A stretch of DNA of 64,000 bases from contig CAWKNZ010000007.1 in the NCBI GenBank assembly GCA_963851265.1, forward strand, positions 640,001 through 704,000. The letters run 5' to 3'. Position 1 is the stretch's first letter; the number at the start of each line of letters is the position of its first letter. Below the pieces are notes generated by a model that saw only the letters and a program-made list of their open reading frames with translations, searched no databases and was not told the origin of the DNA. Positions 60,284-64,000 of this stretch are shown here, in pieces. Origin of the DNA: an uncultured Gemmatimonadales bacterium. GTDB lineage: Bacteria; Gemmatimonadota; Gemmatimonadetes; Gemmatimonadales; Gemmatimonadaceae. The position numbers were made by a program, and so were the translations under genes.

Positions 60284-61255
60284 ATGAACGGCGCCCTCCT
60301 CCGCGAATCAACCGCCGTCCGCACCGCGCGAGCGTCGGGGCGGCCGGTGGTCCTCCTCGAGAGTTCGGTGCTCGCGCAGGGGCTGCCCATTCCCGCCAAC
60401 CGCGAGGCCGCGGACCGCATGGTCGCGGCCGTGCGCGGCGCCGGCGCCGAGCCCGCGATCAGCGCCGTCGTGCGCGGCAGGCCCGCGCTCGGGCTCGAGG
60501 ACGACGAGCTCGAACGGTTCCTCGCCCGCGACGGCGTGCGCAAGGTGAGCGCGCGCGACCTCGCCGCCGCCATGCTCGACCGGGCCGACGGGGCGACCAC
60601 GGTCGCGGCCTCGCTCGCCCTCGGCCGGCTCGCGGGCGTGCCGGTGTTCGCCACGGGCGGAATCGGCGGCGTGCACCGCGATCTGCCCGGGACGCCCGGC
60701 GCGGGCGCGCCGACGGCCGGCGGGGTGCGCGACGAGTCCGCCGACCTGCTCGAGCTGGCGCGCGCGCCGATGGTCGTCGTCTGCGCCGGGGCGAAGTCGA
60801 TCCTCGACCTGCCCGCGACGCTCGAGCGGCTCGAGACGCTCGGCGTGCCCGTGGTCGGGTACCGCACGCGCCGGCTGCCGGGCTTCTTCACGGCCGACGC
60901 GGGGCTCCCGGTGCCGCACACGGTCGAGCGCGCGGGCGACGTCGCGGCGCTCTGGCGCCACCAGCAAGCGTTAGGCAGGTCGGAGGCCGTGCTCGTCGTG
61001 CAGCCGCCGCCCGCGGACGCGGCGCTGCCGGCCGCCGTGGTCGACGGCGCGGTGGCCGAAGCGCTCGCCGCGGCGGGGCGCGACGGGGTGAGCGGGGCGG
61101 CGGTGACGCCCTACCTCCTCGGCGCGGTGGAGCGCGCCACGGGCGGTCGTTCGCTCGCCGCCAACCTCGCCCTGCTCGAAGCCAACGCGCGGCTGGCCGC
61201 CGAGATCGCGCGCGAGATCGCGCGCGATCTGGCGGCGGCCCCGCCCGACGCCTAA
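60284..61255 (+). CDS. psuG: Pseudouridine-5'-phosphate glycosidase
   Basis: LES...GLP.P.N, KVSARD, GATTVA, FATGGIGGVHR, DESADL, CAGAKSILD, VTPYLL. Confidence 0.9.
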   Translation: MNGALLRESTAVRTARASGRPVVLLESSVLAQGLPIPANREAADRMVAAVRGAGAEPAISAVVRGRPALGLEDDELERFLARDGVRKVSARDLAAAMLDRADGATTVAASLALGRLAGVPVFATGGIGGVHRDLPGTPGAGAPTAGGVRDESADLLELARAPMVVVCAGAKSILDLPATLERLETLGVPVVGYRTRRLPGFFTADAGLPVPHTVERAGDVAALWRHQQALGRSEAVLVVQPPPADAALPAAVVDGAVAEALAAAGRDGVSGAAVTPYLLGAVERATGGRSLAANLALLEANARLAAEIAREIARDLAAAPPDA

Positions 61256-61502
61256 CGCATCGCCGCGGTTCGGGCGCGCCGGGCGGCGCGCGAACCGGTT
61301 CGGCCGTTCGGCGCCGCGTTCGAGGGAGCGCTCGCCGCGGGGCCCGGCGGCGGCGGCGACCATTTGTTTACATCTCGCACACAAAGAATCGTGTGCGCGG
61401 TGACGCCGCCGGGGGCGGTCGGGTCCGCTCTTCCGTTGCGCCCGCGTCCGGTCGCCGTCGCCGTTGACGCGCGGGCACCGCCCCCCCCGCGCAGGAGAAA
61501 GC

Positions 61503-64000
61503 GTGAGAGACTTCCGGAGGCCAGTCCCCGCGGCCGCCGTCGCCGTCGCCGTCTCGCTCACCGCCGTGTCCCTCGCCGCGGCGCGGGCGCAGGCCCAGCG
61601 CCGGGTGACGGGGAGCGTCACCGGCGAGGGCGGGGTGCCACTCGCCGGCGCGACCGTACAGGTGGTCGGCACGCAGGCCGGGACGTACACGACCGAGGCC
61701 GGGCGTTTCACGATCCCGGTCGGCGCGGGCGCGCAGACGCTGCGCGTGCGACGCATCGGCTACCAGGCGCGCACGGTCACGGTCGCGGCCGGCCAGACCG
61801 ACGCCGGCGCCCTCGCGCTCGCGCGCGACGTGCTCCAACTCGAGGCGCAGGTGGTCACCGGCGTGGGCACGACCATCGCGCGGCGCAACGCGGCCAACGA
61901 CGTCGCCGTCGTGTCGGGCGCGGAGCTCAACGCGGTGCCGCAGCCCACGGTCGACAACGCGCTGCAGGGCAAGATCGCCGGCGCCGTGGTGTCGCAGAAC
62001 TCGGGGGCGCCGGGCGGCGGCGCGCAGTTCCGCATCCGCGGCGCCAACTCCATCCTCGGCAACACCGACCCGCTGCTCATCGTCGACGGCGTCATCGTCT
62101 CCAACGACGTCATCCAGCCGGGGACCAACGCCGTGCTGCAGGCGTCGACGGCGACGCGCAACGCGTCGAGCCAGGACAACGGCGTCAACCGCATCGCGGA
62201 CCTCAACCCCAACGACATCGAGAACATCGAGGTGCTCAAGGGCGCCTCGGCGTCGCAGATCTACGGCTCGCGCGCGTCCAACGGCGTCATCATCATCACC
62301 ACGCGCAAGGGCCAGGCGGGGCGGCCGCAGTTCAACCTCTCGCAGCGCGTGGGCGGCGCCAGCATCCTGCGCACGCTCGACGAGCGGCACTACTCGCTCG
62401 CCGAGGCGTTCGCGAGCGGGATCGGCGCCGGCCTCGACTCGGCGGCGGTGCGGGCGAACTACGCACAGTGCAACGGCTTCTGCGACCACCAGACGGAGCT
62501 GTTCGACCACGCCGGCGCGTCGTACGAGACCGACCTCTCGGTGCGCGGCGGCGGCAACACGGCGCAGTACTACGTGTCCGGACTCGCCAAGCGCGACGGC
62601 GGGCTCGCCATCCGCACCGGCTACGACAAGCAGTCGCTGCGCGCCAACCTCACCACCGCGCTCAGCTCGCGGTTCAACGCGCAGGTGAGTGCCAACTTCG
62701 TGCACTCGCTCGCGGAGCGCGGGTTCTCGAACAACGACAACGTCAACGTCACGCCGTACTTCGTGTTCCCGGCCACGCCCACGTGGTTCGACCTGCGGCC
62801 CGTGAACGGCGTGTTCCCCGTCAACCCGTTCACCTCGTCCAACCCGCTGCAGACCTTCTCGCTGTCGCGCACGCCCGAGGAGGTGTGGCGCGAGATCGGC
62901 GCCGTCACCGCCGACTACGCGCTGCTGGCGCAGGAGCGGCAGACGCTCACCCTGCGCTTCAACGGCGGGATCGACTTCTACAACCAGCAGGACAACCTCA
63001 GCGCCCCGGCCTTCCTGCAGTTCGAGGCCGCGCAGCCCAACCCCGGCATCCTCACGCTGCAGTCCGGGAACAACATCTACGGCAACTCCGCCGTCACGCT
63101 CGCGCACACGTACCGGCCCGGCGCGGGCACGTCGCTCACGACGTCGGCCGGCGCGCAGTACGAGTACCGGTCGCAGCGCGTGGGCAACATCGTCGGGCAG
63201 AACGTCCTCGCCGGGCAGCAGAACCTGCAGAACGCGTCGACCATCAACGCGTACGACTTCCGGCTGCGCCAGATCGACCTCGCGTACTTCGCGCAGGAGG
63301 AGTTCCTCACGCTCGGCGAGCGGCTGCTGCTCACGGCCGCCCTGCGCGCGCAGCGCTCGACGGTCAACGGCAACCAGGACAAGTACTACGTCTTCCCCAA
63401 GGCCTCGGCGTCGTACCGCATCCCCGGCCTGCCGAGCGCGATCAACGAGGCGAAGCTGCGGCTGGCGTACGGCGTGGCCGGGAACCCCCCGCTCATCACG
63501 TCGCAGTTCACCCCCGTGACGACCACCGTGTACGGCGGGCAGAACGCGGTGATCCCCGGGCTGCGGCTCGGCGCCCCGAGCATCCACCCCGAACTCCAGC
63601 GCGAGATCGAGGGCGGCGTCGACCTCACCCTCTTCAACAGCCGCGCCAGCGTCGGCATCACCGGCTACAACCGGTCGATCAGCGACCTCCTGCTCGAGCC
63701 CACCGTGGCCTCGTCGCGCGGGTTCACGACCCTCGACATCAACGGCGGCCGCATGTACAACCGCGGCATCGAGCTCAACGCGTCGGGCACGCTGGTGCAG
63801 ACGCGCGACGTGACGTGGGTGCCGCGGCTCGTTTTCTCGCGGAACGTCAACAAGGTCACCGCGCTGCCCGACGTCGTCGGGCACATCCAGTGCCTGACGG
63901 CGGCGGGCGACGGGTTGCAGACCGACCCGCTGCAATGCCCCCGCGGGTTCACCGTGGGCACGTTCGGGTTCGACCTCGGGCAGGGGCGCGTGCAGGAGGG
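61503..64000 (+). CDS. SusC/RagA-type TonB-linked outer membrane protein (3'-truncated by the window edge)
   Basis: Read directly; missing from the ORF track because no stop is reached. AGGAG RBS, GTG start, signal peptide, RIGY domain, LQGKIAG, DIENIEVLKGASASQIYGSRASNGVIIITT. Confidence 0.9.
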   Translation, partial: MRDFRRPVPAAAVAVAVSLTAVSLAAARAQAQRRVTGSVTGEGGVPLAGATVQVVGTQAGTYTTEAGRFTIPVGAGAQTLRVRRIGYQARTVTVAAGQTDAGALALARDVLQLEAQVVTGVGTTIARRNAANDVAVVSGAELNAVPQPTVDNALQGKIAGAVVSQNSGAPGGGAQFRIRGANSILGNTDPLLIVDGVIVSNDVIQPGTNAVLQASTATRNASSQDNGVNRIADLNPNDIENIEVLKGASASQIYGSRASNGVIIITTRKGQAGRPQFNLSQRVGGASILRTLDERHYSLAEAFASGIGAGLDSAAVRANYAQCNGFCDHQTELFDHAGASYETDLSVRGGGNTAQYYVSGLAKRDGGLAIRTGYDKQSLRANLTTALSSRFNAQVSANFVHSLAERGFSNNDNVNVTPYFVFPATPTWFDLRPVNGVFPVNPFTSSNPLQTFSLSRTPEEVWREIGAVTADYALLAQERQTLTLRFNGGIDFYNQQDNLSAPAFLQFEAAQPNPGILTLQSGNNIYGNSAVTLAHTYRPGAGTSLTTSAGAQYEYRSQRVGNIVGQNVLAGQQNLQNASTINAYDFRLRQIDLAYFAQEEFLTLGERLLLTAALRAQRSTVNGNQDKYYVFPKASASYRIPGLPSAINEAKLRLAYGVAGNPPLITSQFTPVTTTVYGGQNAVIPGLRLGAPSIHPELQREIEGGVDLTLFNSRASVGITGYNRSISDLLLEPTVASSRGFTTLDINGGRMYNRGIELNASGTLVQTRDVTWVPRLVFSRNVNKVTALPDVVGHIQCLTAAGDGLQTDPLQCPRGFTVGTFGFDLGQGRVQE

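Noticed and set aside
61368..63935. 855-aa minus-strand ORF
   Set aside because: Antisense shadow of the plus-strand SusC-like gene, which has clear motifs and an RBS.

Overview
Very GC-rich (roughly 75% by eye), gene-dense bacterial chromosome segment. The mix of SusC-like TonB receptors, a PEP-CTERM protein, glycine-zipper lipoproteins and Tat-type ferritin-like proteins suggests Gemmatimonadota (inference). I found no rRNA, tRNA, CRISPR array, integrase or transposase. 1-11.3 kb is an uncharacterised glycan-modification operon: GT4, three CgeB-like glycosyltransferases, a SAM methyltransferase, a PRTase/kinase-like fusion, a HAD phosphatase, a circularly permuted clan GH-A hydrolase, a broken serine hydrolase, a histidine phosphatase and UDP-glucuronate decarboxylase. 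18.9-24.0 kb is a second glycan cluster: glycosyltransferase, GH1-RmlD fusion and a eukaryote-type UDP-galactopyranose mutase. The rest is housekeeping and accessory genes (RhlE-like helicase, ferritin-like pair, queCE, TerC, ppa, radical SAM DNA-repair protein, aguAB, coaA, acnA, aldehyde dehydrogenase/DUF779/TBDR, peptidases, psuG, SusC). The most striking unexplained signal is the heptamer GTTAGGC/GCCTAAC, which I counted 29 times. Most copies sit inside genes as the otherwise rare TTA(Leu)-GGC(Gly) codon pair or overlap stop codons, which suggests a selected, dispersed DNA signal.
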